Source: Bacillales bacterium UBA2753 (GTDB taxonomy: Bacteria; Bacillota_I; Bacilli_A; RFN20; CAG-826). From it: 54,615 bases of DNA. The position numbers and the translations under genes were made by a program. The stretch is taken from the NCBI GenBank assembly GCA_002353275.1, contig DEJH01000021.1, forward strand, positions 1 to 54,615, written 5' to 3'. The notes below the pieces were generated by a model. That model saw only the letters and a list, made by a program, of their open reading frames with translations. It was not told the DNA's origin and did not search any database. Positions 10,501-17,021 of this stretch are shown here, piece by piece (within the stretch, counting starts at the first letter, position 1; the number at the start of each line of letters is the position of its first letter).

Positions 10501-11781
10501 AATGGTTTTATTGTCTTCGATATATGGGAAATTAGTCTTATTAAATGAATCAAGTAATTTGATTTCTTCTTTATCGAGTAAATCAATATCGATCATTTTT
10601 TCTTTCTTTAAGAATTCAGATAAAACAATTTCATATTCTTTAATCAAATGCTTAATTGTGTTTTCTAAATATAAATCAGAACGATATTCAACCCAGATGA
10701 GATATTTTTCACCAAGTCGATGAAGTTCGATTGATAATTTTTCTTTTCCATCTTTTCTACCTAATGGAGTGACTTCAATCACTTTATTTTGATATGTTCC
10801 GGAATAGAAATAATCTCCTTGATAAGCGAATAAAACATCCGCGGAGACTCCTAAATCCTTATTCATATCACTAAATGGATAAGAGTTATGCTTGACGTTT
10901 TCAATTACTTCATCATTAGTCTTTTTTAAATAATCAGAGATTTTATCTTCGTCTTGATAATTTAAATAAAGTGGATAAGTTTTGACATAAGAGCCAAATG
11001 AATGACTAACTGATTCATCTCTTCCATTATTAACAGTGAGGAAAAGAGATTCGTTTTCCATATTGATCTTACTTAATAAATAAGAGAAGGCACTTAAGAA
11101 GAATGAAGAAGTTTTAATCTTTAACTTCTTAGTAAGAGATTTAACTTCTTTATCGGTAATCTTAATTTCTCTACGGATATTAGAATAAGAGACTTCTTTA
11201 TCTTGTTTATCTTCTACTGGAGTGGAATCGGTTTCAATTCCTCCCACTAGTTTTTCATAATAATCTTTAGCTTCTAAATATTTTTTGCTCTTTAAATCTT
11301 TTTCTTCTTTTAAGGCAAATTCATTAGCGTCACATTCTTCTTTTTTGATCTCTTTATTTTCTAAAGCAGCAAAGAAATCATTAATAAAGATATGAATGGA
11401 AGAACCATCCATAATGATGTGATGGAAATCAAAATAGAAGATATATTCATCTTTTACTTTGTAAAGCTTAAAGCGATATAAATGTTTATTTAATAATTCA
11501 TATGGGAGAGAAGTGATTTTTAATTCTTTAACTTCTTCAAGTTCAAGTTTGATCTCTTCTTTTTCAATATGTTTAACAATGTTTCCACTTTCATCAATGG
11601 AAAGAATGGTAAAGATATATGGGTGAGCGTCACACACTTTTTTTAACGCATCACTCACTTTTTTAAGAGTTACATCTTTTCCTAAATTAACAGTGTGAGC
11701 GAGGTTATAAGCATCTCCAGAAGATAAAGAAGAGATATATAATCCCTGTTCACTTTTAGATAACGGAAAGAATTTGTTCAT
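4555..11781 (-). CDS. Bimodular nonribosomal peptide synthetase, C-A-T-C-A-T-R (terminal thioester reductase)
   Basis: C1 HHIIMDG 11404-11424. A1 core LYTSGSTGVPKG about 10040-10075. T1 GLTS Ser codon 8926-8928. C2 HHILCDG 8404-8424. A2 core IYTSGSTGRPKG about 7030-7065. T2 GGTS Ser codon 5887-5889. R domain TGSTGFLG 5621-5652 and YVHSK 5161-5175. The ATG at 11781 is preceded by GGAGGG; the TTG-extended ORF to 11796 is unlikely. Confidence 0.95.
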   Translation of the reverse strand: MNKFFPLSKSEQGLYISSLSSGDAYNLAHTVNLGKDVTLKKVSDALKKVCDAHPYIFTILSIDESGNIVKHIEKEEIKLELEEVKELKITSLPYELLNKHLYRFKLYKVKDEYIFYFDFHHIIMDGSSIHIFINDFFAALENKEIKKEECDANEFALKEEKDLKSKKYLEAKDYYEKLVGGIETDSTPVEDKQDKEVSYSNIRREIKITDKEVKSLTKKLKIKTSSFFLSAFSYLLSKINMENESLFLTVNNGRDESVSHSFGSYVKTYPLYLNYQDEDKISDYLKKTNDEVIENVKHNSYPFSDMNKDLGVSADVLFAYQGDYFYSGTYQNKVIEVTPLGRKDGKEKLSIELHRLGEKYLIWVEYRSDLYLENTIKHLIKEYEIVLSEFLKKEKMIDIDLLDKEEIKLLDSFNKTNFPYIEDNKTILDDFYEVVKKHPNEIAVVYKDKKYTYKEVDQISTRIANELIRLGAKKEKVVSILTKKSEYIVLASLGVIKSGAAYQPLDPSYPKDRLTFMVKDSSAIILIREKELDDLVDDFKGHTIFTEDLLSLKDDREIKTRPSPKDLFIMLYTSGSTGVPKGVMLEHGNIFSFCRYYRQEFNLGVGCRNAAYASYGFDADMMDLYPSLTSGATVYIIPDEMRLNLVELGEYYNQNKITHAFMTTQVGRQFISEIEVKSLKYFMVGGEKLVPMDPPKGVKFFNLYGPTEGTVFCTAQEVKENYHRIPIGKCLSDYKIYVLDKNKKRLPILTSGELYISGPQVARGYLNREKENKEAFLTNFIDKEEKFERLYKTGDIVRLLEDGTIDFIGRKDGQVKIRGFRVELSEVEKVIRDYPNIKDATVKDFTDPSGVKYIVAYVVSDKKIDVESLNAFILERKPPYMVPAYTMQIDKIPLNQNQKVNKRALPVPELKVEEIVAPRNKDEQEIFDILKDILGHDQFGVTNDIFEVGLTSVSSIRFTILLSKKYDKSVENADLKENPTIASLASFLANKEEEKRYEIREEYPLSKTQEGIFVECVSKANSTNYNIPYLFKLDKNIDLNKLKVAVEKAIDNHPYLKSILYMNDNGDILAKRNKEKAKVDLIKEEIDIKKLVRPFSILNSTLYRVEIYQGKENYLFLDFHHILCDGSSEAIILEDINKAYLGEELTSESFTGYEVALKEKDDLASDKLEKAKAFYNNVLKDVDGEYVLKKDLKVLDESKLESVDVTLSLDNEKVKEFISKNKLTNNALFNFAFAFTLSKFIYKEEALYETIYNGRKSSKVMNTVSMLVKTLPVFIKYNDEENVLNKLNEMKELLSNLEENDIYSFGDIVNDYNLKANIIFAYQGDNFNFEEIGGHKVTPILMESETPKSDFGLDIFLEDNKYRAHYEWDTSIYNKDTIDSFNRLYELVLNKLLTKKSVGEINTLPKYDEEFLKKNNATEVEIQNKTVNILLEEKADKHPDKVAVIAKNGKLTYQELNSGANKVAHTLLDNNLKLGECVIMFMPRIKESYVVRQGIVKSGGAFVPVDPKYPDDRVSYIISNSGSKYLISTKDIIKEKQALIKEAKVKALAIEDILENKKDKNPNVKIPLSSLAYVIYTSGSTGRPKGVMIAHKNLANYVSDGSNLATHAYRDIGEECVSCSFASLSFDASLQEEFIPLTHGYTAVIASEEEIENPMLLAKTLKDNKVKFMFMTPSFVSNLLDIDVFVEALKGFKYLDMGAEAVPMELCNRLRNLGVNANILNGYGPTETTITATYSLVKDKYMTIGKPVANTKTYILDKKGHLLPTNAIGDLTIAGESVGLGYLGMPEKTKEVFIEVNGIKAYRSGDMARINSEGNIEFFGRLDNQVKLRGLRVELDEIERVLNSYKTVTRSIILVKQSQVEGDYLAAYFTASSQVDKDDLLNHMSKYLTPYMVPKVVMQLDKFPLTPNGKIDKKSLPEIEMKVEHKEVKKASNELEEKLLTLFKKALGKEEVGVDDDFFEMGGTSLSVSKVAMLALNMGLPIAYGDVFDHSTVLELEEYIASISGGKVETKEEKKEEKAELSSLSHNVVSEVNDIKIDFEVKKVLLTGSTGFLGIHILKELLDQKVKVVALIRGGKLNAKDRLLALLAYYFDSPLIDEVNEYVEIVDGDVTDESLYEKLKDYDFNLIINSAAIVKHFANSDIIEQVNVGGVKNLINIAEKKGARLIQISTLSVAGENIDEKFAPSFRMKEDMLDFGQDVSNKYVHSKFDAEKALLNAVDEGKLDGKIIRVGNLMSRQKDGEFQANSITNGFMRDLKGYVTLKKYPVNSMDVEVDFSPIDEVAKTIILLAKTPSKFTVFHSANSHMVQMGDIIAVLNELGFNIEVTPDDEFLASMKEMMLDESKSMLVSSLISYSSSDMHTHSFILSDNEFTNKSLYHLGYKWPITDYSYLKNAIESLETLGFFERTDI

Positions 11782-11852
11782 TTTCTGTCCCTCCAAATTA
11801 GTATTATGTTTCTATTTATATGTAATATAAGAATATTATAACGAGTATAAAC

Positions 11853-11883
11853 AAAAAATAGAAAACCTATTTCAGTTTTCTAT
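11853..11883 (-). terminator. Rho-independent terminator after the HAD lipoprotein gene
   Basis: ATAGAAAAC/GTTTTCTAT stem followed by a T-run on the minus strand. Confidence 0.7.
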
Positions 11884-11890
11884 CTTGTAA

Positions 11891-13507
11891 TCATATTTTT
11901 TTAAGCTCATAAGAAATATAGATTTGAGTTTTAGTGGTTACTTTATTCTCGACGTTATCACCTTTTGTGGTGAGATTATCTTCGTAATAATATAAGTCAC
12001 CATGAGTGTTATAAAGTCGACATCCTTCATCATAAAGACTAATCTCTTTTTCACTTACTACACTTTGACCACTAGCGATATATCTAAAGCGATAATTAGA
12101 ATTAGACGAATAATATGTAGCGCTTAATTTTTGATAAAGACTTTGATTAAAAATTGCTAAACTTTGATCTAAATCTTTTGCTTTATTCTCAACAAATACG
12201 GCGTATGAATCAATTACTGGGTCTTCTATATTAATGCTCCATTCATGAGTTTCGCTATTATATGTAGCGATATATTGCTCGACATCAGTAGAAACTATAG
12301 GCTCTCCTTCAGCTGAATAAGTTGTGACTTCTTTAGCTAGATCAAGATACGCTTTTGAATATTGTCCAGTTGGAATTAAGCTAGTCGCTTCATGGAAAGC
12401 GGAATATTCAATTTTATTGACATCGCTACTAGACCAAGAGAAGCCAACTTTTTGAACATCATAGCCGTAAATAGTTTTGAAATCATCTTTCATCGAAATG
12501 ATGTTGTAATTGTTGTCTTTCCATTTTTTCTCTCGCTTAGAAGTTTCATCCATATCAACATAGTCTTCATCAGCATCATCAGCGATTAACATAAAGACTT
12601 CAGTTTGATATTTTTTATTTCCTTTACAATAATTATGCATTGCAACATCCCCACTACTATTTCCAAAGGAAAGGACTGGGACTTTACCAATTTCTTGAGC
12701 GATTTGTTTAACTTTATTAGTCTTTAAATTTTTGATGATTAATTCATCGGTTCTGATGACTTCTTCATCTGATTTCATATCGTAATTCACTCCATCGGTG
12801 TAACCTTGCTCGCTTGCCTTTAAAGTGACGTCCATTCCGATAACGTGATTAGAAGGAATACCAATTGATTCCACTAAAGCACGGCAAATAAATCGATCCG
12901 AACCACTTACTACATAGTTAGTAAAACCATAATCATTTAAATAATCAAAGACTTCTAACATTGGTTTATAAAAACTAGTTAAATAAGTCATTCCACTGAA
13001 GCCGTTTGGTGTATTTTGAGCATATTCTTTTACGTATTGATCAAATTCTTTTAAAGACATCCCTTCATATGCTTTAGCTGCAGCATGAGCGTGTCTTAAA
13101 TCAAAATGTTCTGGAAGAGGCACCCCATAACGAACAAAGTCTCTAATTTCTTGAGCGACTTCTTTGACCATAACTGGCGCTATATCTTTATAATTAGGAT
13201 CGTCTAAAGCGCGATATTCAAGTAAGTTATATTCGAAATAAGTTGGATATAACTCTCCAATAAAAGTACCATCCATATCAAAAGTAGCGATTCTATCTTC
13301 AACTGGAATGAAATATTCAGTGTTATTTTTATCAGTGACTTTTTTCACATATTCTTTTAAAACGGTTAAAGGTGATTTTCTTTCTTGAGTGCTCACTTCG
13401 TTCCATAAAGAGAAATAAGTCTTTTCACTACTTCCCCCTGATTGGTTACAACCCGCTAAAAGAGTAATAGCAGGGAATAAGACAAATAATAATGATGTTT
13501 TTTTCAT
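11891..13507 (-). CDS. Lipoprotein with HAD-superfamily phosphatase-like domain plus a C-terminal domain of about 200 aa of unknown function
   Basis: Lipobox LLAGC. HAD motif I FDMDGTF, motif II VVSGS, motif III/IV K...FGNSSGDVAM. Confidence 0.6.
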   Translation of the reverse strand: MKKTSLLFVLFPAITLLAGCNQSGGSSEKTYFSLWNEVSTQERKSPLTVLKEYVKKVTDKNNTEYFIPVEDRIATFDMDGTFIGELYPTYFEYNLLEYRALDDPNYKDIAPVMVKEVAQEIRDFVRYGVPLPEHFDLRHAHAAAKAYEGMSLKEFDQYVKEYAQNTPNGFSGMTYLTSFYKPMLEVFDYLNDYGFTNYVVSGSDRFICRALVESIGIPSNHVIGMDVTLKASEQGYTDGVNYDMKSDEEVIRTDELIIKNLKTNKVKQIAQEIGKVPVLSFGNSSGDVAMHNYCKGNKKYQTEVFMLIADDADEDYVDMDETSKREKKWKDNNYNIISMKDDFKTIYGYDVQKVGFSWSSSDVNKIEYSAFHEATSLIPTGQYSKAYLDLAKEVTTYSAEGEPIVSTDVEQYIATYNSETHEWSINIEDPVIDSYAVFVENKAKDLDQSLAIFNQSLYQKLSATYYSSNSNYRFRYIASGQSVVSEKEISLYDEGCRLYNTHGDLYYYEDNLTTKGDNVENKVTTKTQIYISYELKKI

Positions 13508-13590
13508 AATAATTTCCTCATTTTTTATTATAAAGAAAAAAGAATTAGAAAATAACGATTAATCGATATTTTTAAAGCACTTTTTCGTTA

Positions 13591-14340
13591 TTATTCTTTA
13601 AAAGATGCCCATGGATATTGAATCATATATTCTCCACGGTATAATCTAACCGCATCTGGATTATCTTTTTTATATTCGTAAGCGTCACAATCAATTTTAT
13701 TAACATCAATTGAATATCCATTAAATTTCTTAACAAAAACATCTTCACAATCAATTGATTTTAAACTTTGTTTGATATCCGCGATTAAGTTTCTTAGATA
13801 CGATTTATGATCTTCTTCCCACAAAATCGCATTGAGTTCATTGACATTAATTGATGAACCTTCTCGATCAATAAGATAGGCAAAAACTTCTTTTGATTTT
13901 TGATAAGAGAATTTTACAGGGCTTCCATTATGGAAAATTTCAAAATTGCCAAAGCATTTGACTTGGAGTTTTTTCTCACTTTTAAGATTAATAACATTAT
14001 CGAGTTCATCAATCTCGACTTTGATTTTATTTTCGTTAACTGGCTTAGTAATATATCCAGAAGCGTGAACGCGATACGCATCTAAGGCGTAATTATTATA
14101 AGCAGTCACAAAAATAATTTTAATTTTAGGATTGATTGATTTTAATTTTTTCGCAAGTTGAATCCCATTAAGTCCTGGCATTTCAATATCCAAAAAAGCG
14201 AGATCAAAATTAATATTAGATTCCATTACTTTTATAGGATTAGTGAAGGAAAAGAATTCGCTATCAGGCATCACCTTTTTACAAGCGTTTTCAAGTCTTA
14301 TTAATTGAAGTTCTTCATCATCTACTAAAAGTATTTTCAT
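13591..14340 (-). CDS. Response regulator: REC domain plus SARP/OmpR-type winged-helix DNA-binding domain
   Basis: MKILLVDDE...LDIEMPGLNG receiver. The C-terminal LQVKCFGNFEIFHNG..KSKEVFAYLI...LNAILWEED...LRNLI pattern is typical of SARP-type wHTH. Confidence 0.8.
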   Translation of the reverse strand: MKILLVDDEELQLIRLENACKKVMPDSEFFSFTNPIKVMESNINFDLAFLDIEMPGLNGIQLAKKLKSINPKIKIIFVTAYNNYALDAYRVHASGYITKPVNENKIKVEIDELDNVINLKSEKKLQVKCFGNFEIFHNGSPVKFSYQKSKEVFAYLIDREGSSINVNELNAILWEEDHKSYLRNLIADIKQSLKSIDCEDVFVKKFNGYSIDVNKIDCDAYEYKKDNPDAVRLYRGEYMIQYPWASFKE

Positions 14341-14342
14341 AA

Positions 14343-15605
14343 CTATTTATAAAATGTTACCACCGCTTTTGAGCCTTTATCAACTTCACTAGTAATCTCT
14401 AAAGAAGCATTACACATCGTTTTTAATCTTTGACGGATATTATTAATTCCGATGTGCTGATTTTTAGAAAAGTCGATATCGTTAATATTAAATCCTACTC
14501 CATCATCGATTACTTCAACGACATAAGCGTTAGAAGTTTCATAAGTTTTAAATAATAAAGTGCCACCTTCAATTTTCTTTAATATTCCATGTTTAATCGC
14601 ATTTTCCACTAAAGGTTGTAAGCTTAGAGGTGGGACATAAAAATCAGTAACCTTAATATCATAATTGATATTTAAGCGGTTATTAAATCTTAATTTTTCT
14701 AATGAAATATAAGTCTCAATGTGGCGTAATTCATCTTCAAAATGAATAAGACTAGTCTCGGTTAAAGAAGAGAGGTTAAGCCTAAGATATTCAGTGAAAT
14801 CATCTAAGGCTTTTTTGGCTTCAGAAGGATTGATATCGATTAATGTCGAAATTGAAGATAATGAATTATAGATGAAGTGAGGCTGAATCTGGCTCATCAT
14901 AATCTTAATTTGGGCTTCTTTATTCTTCTGTTGTTCTTTCGCTAATAAGATGTTCTTTTGAACATTAACAAAGAAGAAGAGGATTTCAATTGAAATAACA
15001 ATCGAGAAATAAGCAATCGCATATCCTTTTAAGAAATTTTGAACAATAATTGCTACTGCAGGAAGTAAACAATATATTCCAAAGGCAATCTTTTCTCTCA
15101 TCACTAGCTTTTTATTAAATAAAGTAATTAGGAGTACGATTGCTAAGATAATGAATTGATATCCTTGAGCAAAAATCATTGTTTTTGCTCTTACGTATTC
15201 TCCATTAATAGCGGTGAAAAACATGCCGTTAAAAATATTCAAGATATCTAAGAAGGTGAATATTCCAATTAATACGAGGTTAGCGATATAAATGATATTT
15301 TTATATTTCTTCTTCATTTCAATATAACTAAGAGTGTAAATCAGTAAGAAAAAGGCCTCCAAGTTATTAAAAATATAGAAGGTTGTATAAAAAGAAATTA
15401 CAAAGGTATTACTCGTGTAACTCATCTTAACGAAAGTGAAGGTAAGATAAGTTGCAAAATGGATGACAGTAAGGATGAAGAAATTAAGAAGAGTGTTCTC
15501 ATCAACCCTTCTATCTCTTTTAAGCAAAATATTGACAATATGGATCAAAAAGATCGCAATTCCGATGATACATACTGTAGCGTTAAATATCGAATTAGTG
15601 CTCAT
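14343..15605 (-). CDS. LytS/YehU-type sensor histidine kinase (multi-TM N-terminus, His_kinase plus HATPase_c)
   Basis: Six to seven TM helices, then QIQPHFIYNSL (PF06580-type H-box), ENAIKHG N-box and DDGVGF G-box. Ends 2 nt before the response regulator gene. Confidence 0.85.
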   Translation of the reverse strand: MSTNSIFNATVCIIGIAIFLIHIVNILLKRDRRVDENTLLNFFILTVIHFATYLTFTFVKMSYTSNTFVISFYTTFYIFNNLEAFFLLIYTLSYIEMKKKYKNIIYIANLVLIGIFTFLDILNIFNGMFFTAINGEYVRAKTMIFAQGYQFIILAIVLLITLFNKKLVMREKIAFGIYCLLPAVAIIVQNFLKGYAIAYFSIVISIEILFFFVNVQKNILLAKEQQKNKEAQIKIMMSQIQPHFIYNSLSSISTLIDINPSEAKKALDDFTEYLRLNLSSLTETSLIHFEDELRHIETYISLEKLRFNNRLNINYDIKVTDFYVPPLSLQPLVENAIKHGILKKIEGGTLLFKTYETSNAYVVEVIDDGVGFNINDIDFSKNQHIGINNIRQRLKTMCNASLEITSEVDKGSKAVVTFYK

Positions 15606-15840
15606 TTATATATCCTTATTTATATATTATATATAAGGAATAGAGAAAAACACATTGTTAACAATTTTATTTTTTTGCGTTATTTTAGAAACGTTATTAT
15701 AAAAAAGAGAGGTTATAGTCAACAATACCACATGAGATTTATAGTTTTCACAGGATGGTATTTTTTGGATTTCTGACTGCACCTTGATTGCTAAAACCGA
15801 TAATACACCAATTGATGATTAGTAGATGAACAAAAGGATG

Positions 15841-15873
15841 AAAAAAGGCCGAAGCACACATGGGCATCGGCCT
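15841..15873 (-). terminator. GC-rich rho-independent terminator of GC-rich gene A
   Basis: AGGCCGA/TCGGCCT stem followed by TTTTTT on the minus strand, 24 nt after the stop at 15897. Confidence 0.75.
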
Positions 15874-15896
15874 GGATTTGCGGTTAATCGTGGCCC

Positions 15897-16454
15897 CTAG
15901 CAGGAATACCAGATCGTGAGGGAGGAGATTGTAATGTTTACTTCTCCCAACGGCATCAATGCCGGACTGTCGTCAGGGGCAATTGATAGCCCTTTGTATT
16001 CTTGCCCGCTGGTGATGTGATGAATCATCGTCCCCATGCTCGAAAAATCCACGGAAATGGGCTCGGGTTCTTCTTGTTGTTCAACCGAGAAAGAAATCGC
16101 GAAGCCGGTGATGGTGCGGAACGGATAGGCGCCTTCGTCCTCCGCAAACACGTCGTAGTGGCTGAGCATGAGGTGGTGGAAGGAAACGTTTCTGAAGGTG
16201 AAGCCAGCCTCTTCCTTGTCCCATCCCACCACGCCGACCTTGTTGCCGGCGGCGGTCGTCGTGCCGATGGCGTAATCGCCGTCTACCTCCTTGACGGTCG
16301 TATTGCTTTCGTCGAAGGTGACACTGTACTCAGTTGGATCTGCTTTTACCGCAAATGTATCTAATTGATTTGCTACGCCAACAACTAAAGCGGTAACGCC
16401 AACTGTGCAAGCTAACACTCCCATTGAGGCTAATAATAATGCTTTTTTCTTCAT
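15897..16454 (-). CDS. Secreted/anchored protein A: AT-rich signal-peptide exon-like 5' part joined to a GC-rich mature domain (185 aa, ends ..SLTIWYSC)
   Basis: AAGGAG RBS. MKKKALLLASMGVLACTVGV... leader. Composition switches to about 55-60% GC at about 16330. Shadow ORFs appear on other frames only in the GC-rich part. Confidence 0.7.
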   Translation of the reverse strand: MKKKALLLASMGVLACTVGVTALVVGVANQLDTFAVKADPTEYSVTFDESNTTVKEVDGDYAIGTTTAAGNKVGVVGWDKEEAGFTFRNVSFHHLMLSHYDVFAEDEGAYPFRTITGFAISFSVEQQEEPEPISVDFSSMGTMIHHITSGQEYKGLSIAPDDSPALMPLGEVNITISSLTIWYSC

Positions 16455-16704
16455 ATTTTCTTTAAACTCCTTAAGATAAATAATTTTAGATAAATAATTA
16501 ATTGTTTTTATTTTATAAAAGAAGAAAAAGGAGATTCAAGCACTTTGTGTGCTATAGAGTGTCATTTTTCTTTTTTTATACTTAACTCTATACATTGCGT
16601 TGGTTTTTGATTGAAATGTTTACAAGTCTCGCGATATTTTTCGATTTTGTCCTACAATATAATAAAAGGATATACATAATTGTATATCCTTAATCTACTT
16701 TTTT
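16331..16704. repeat. Direct repeat copy A (terminator hairpin, promoter/leader and signal-peptide codons)
   Basis: Aligns with 17513-17872. About 97% identity over the signal-peptide codons and about 95% over the distal 120 nt; more diverged around the RBS-proximal leader. Confidence 0.9.
16655..16691 (-). terminator. Terminator hairpin inside repeat copy A
   Basis: AAGGATATACA-TAAT-TGTATATCCTT perfect 11-bp stem followed by TTTTATTATATT on the minus strand. Confidence 0.7.
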
Positions 16705-16730
16705 GAGTTCATTGTCCAATTATAACACAA

Positions 16731-16870
16731 TTCGTACAGCAAGGGTAAAAAATGCAAGTGAAGTTCGTACATTTGCAAGTGACTTTCGTACACTTCTTGA
16801 AAAAGTATCGATTACATCGAGGTTTTTAACCACATGCAATCGTACGCAATCACCTGCATGCCGTACGCAA
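16731..16870. repeat. Iteron-like array of five CGTAC-core repeats
   Basis: TTCGTACA at 16731, 16764 and 16785, the last two within TGCAAGTGA(A/C)(G/T)TTCGTACA 21-mers. CGTACGCAA at 16841 and 16862, within (C)ATGC(A/C)..CGTACGCAA 17-mers. Spacings are 33, 21, 56 and 21 nt. Confidence 0.6.
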
Positions 16871-16966
16871 AATATTTTTTGAGGTATCATTTTGATGATA
16901 TTTTTGCCGTTTTTGTGTCTAAATTGGTTAAATAGTTGAAGTGCCTCCACCACCGCATCTAGATGC

Positions 16967-17001
16967 AAAAAACAGGGCCGCCTTTGCTTGCAGCAAACCC
17001 C
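16967..17001 (-). terminator. GC-rich terminator of GC-rich gene B
   Basis: GGGGTTTGC..GCAAAGGCGGCCC hairpin followed by TGTTTTTT on the minus strand, 20 nt after the stop at 17022. Confidence 0.65.
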
Positions 17002-17021
17002 GTAACTTGACTAGCGCGATA

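Noticed and set aside
2667-10723. Plus-strand ORFs of 60-163 aa (2667-2915, 3054-3257, 4703-5194, 6629-6862, 7472-7666, 8060-8260, 8762-8971, 9290-9490, 10076-10258, 10502-10723) lying inside the minus-strand MATE and NRPS genes.
   Set aside because: They are antisense shadow ORFs with low-complexity S/L/I/F-rich translations and no RBS. They lie entirely within strongly supported minus-strand genes. The same reasoning applies to the similar small ORFs nested in other long genes (12392, 13900, 21005, 22457/22497, 24164/24204, 26964, 28485/28597, 29491, 29997, 31040, 31441, 34164, 35894, 37463, 39855, 40071, 44794, 45769, 47749, 49042, 52231).
11782-11796. Upstream-extended starts in the ORF track (NRPS 11796, gene B 17735, 39354, thiS 40485, GH2 47574, 50988, ATPase 52605).
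   Set aside because: In each case an internal ATG is preceded by a good Shine-Dalgarno sequence or matches the paralog. The extensions use non-ATG starts, overlap terminators or neighbouring genes, or lack an RBS.
15726-15770. Hairpin AATACCA...TGGTATT followed by TTTTT on the plus strand, upstream of the kinase gene; possible plus-strand terminator or sRNA end.
   Set aside because: The loop is 25 nt. No plus-strand gene or promoter is evident upstream, and the 105-aa track ORF at 15459-15776 overlaps the kinase gene and looks spurious.
16720-16968. 82-aa minus-strand ORF in the spacer between the cassettes.
   Set aside because: It has no RBS and an odd composition, and it coincides with the iteron-like repeat array and the terminator of gene B. 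More likely non-coding.
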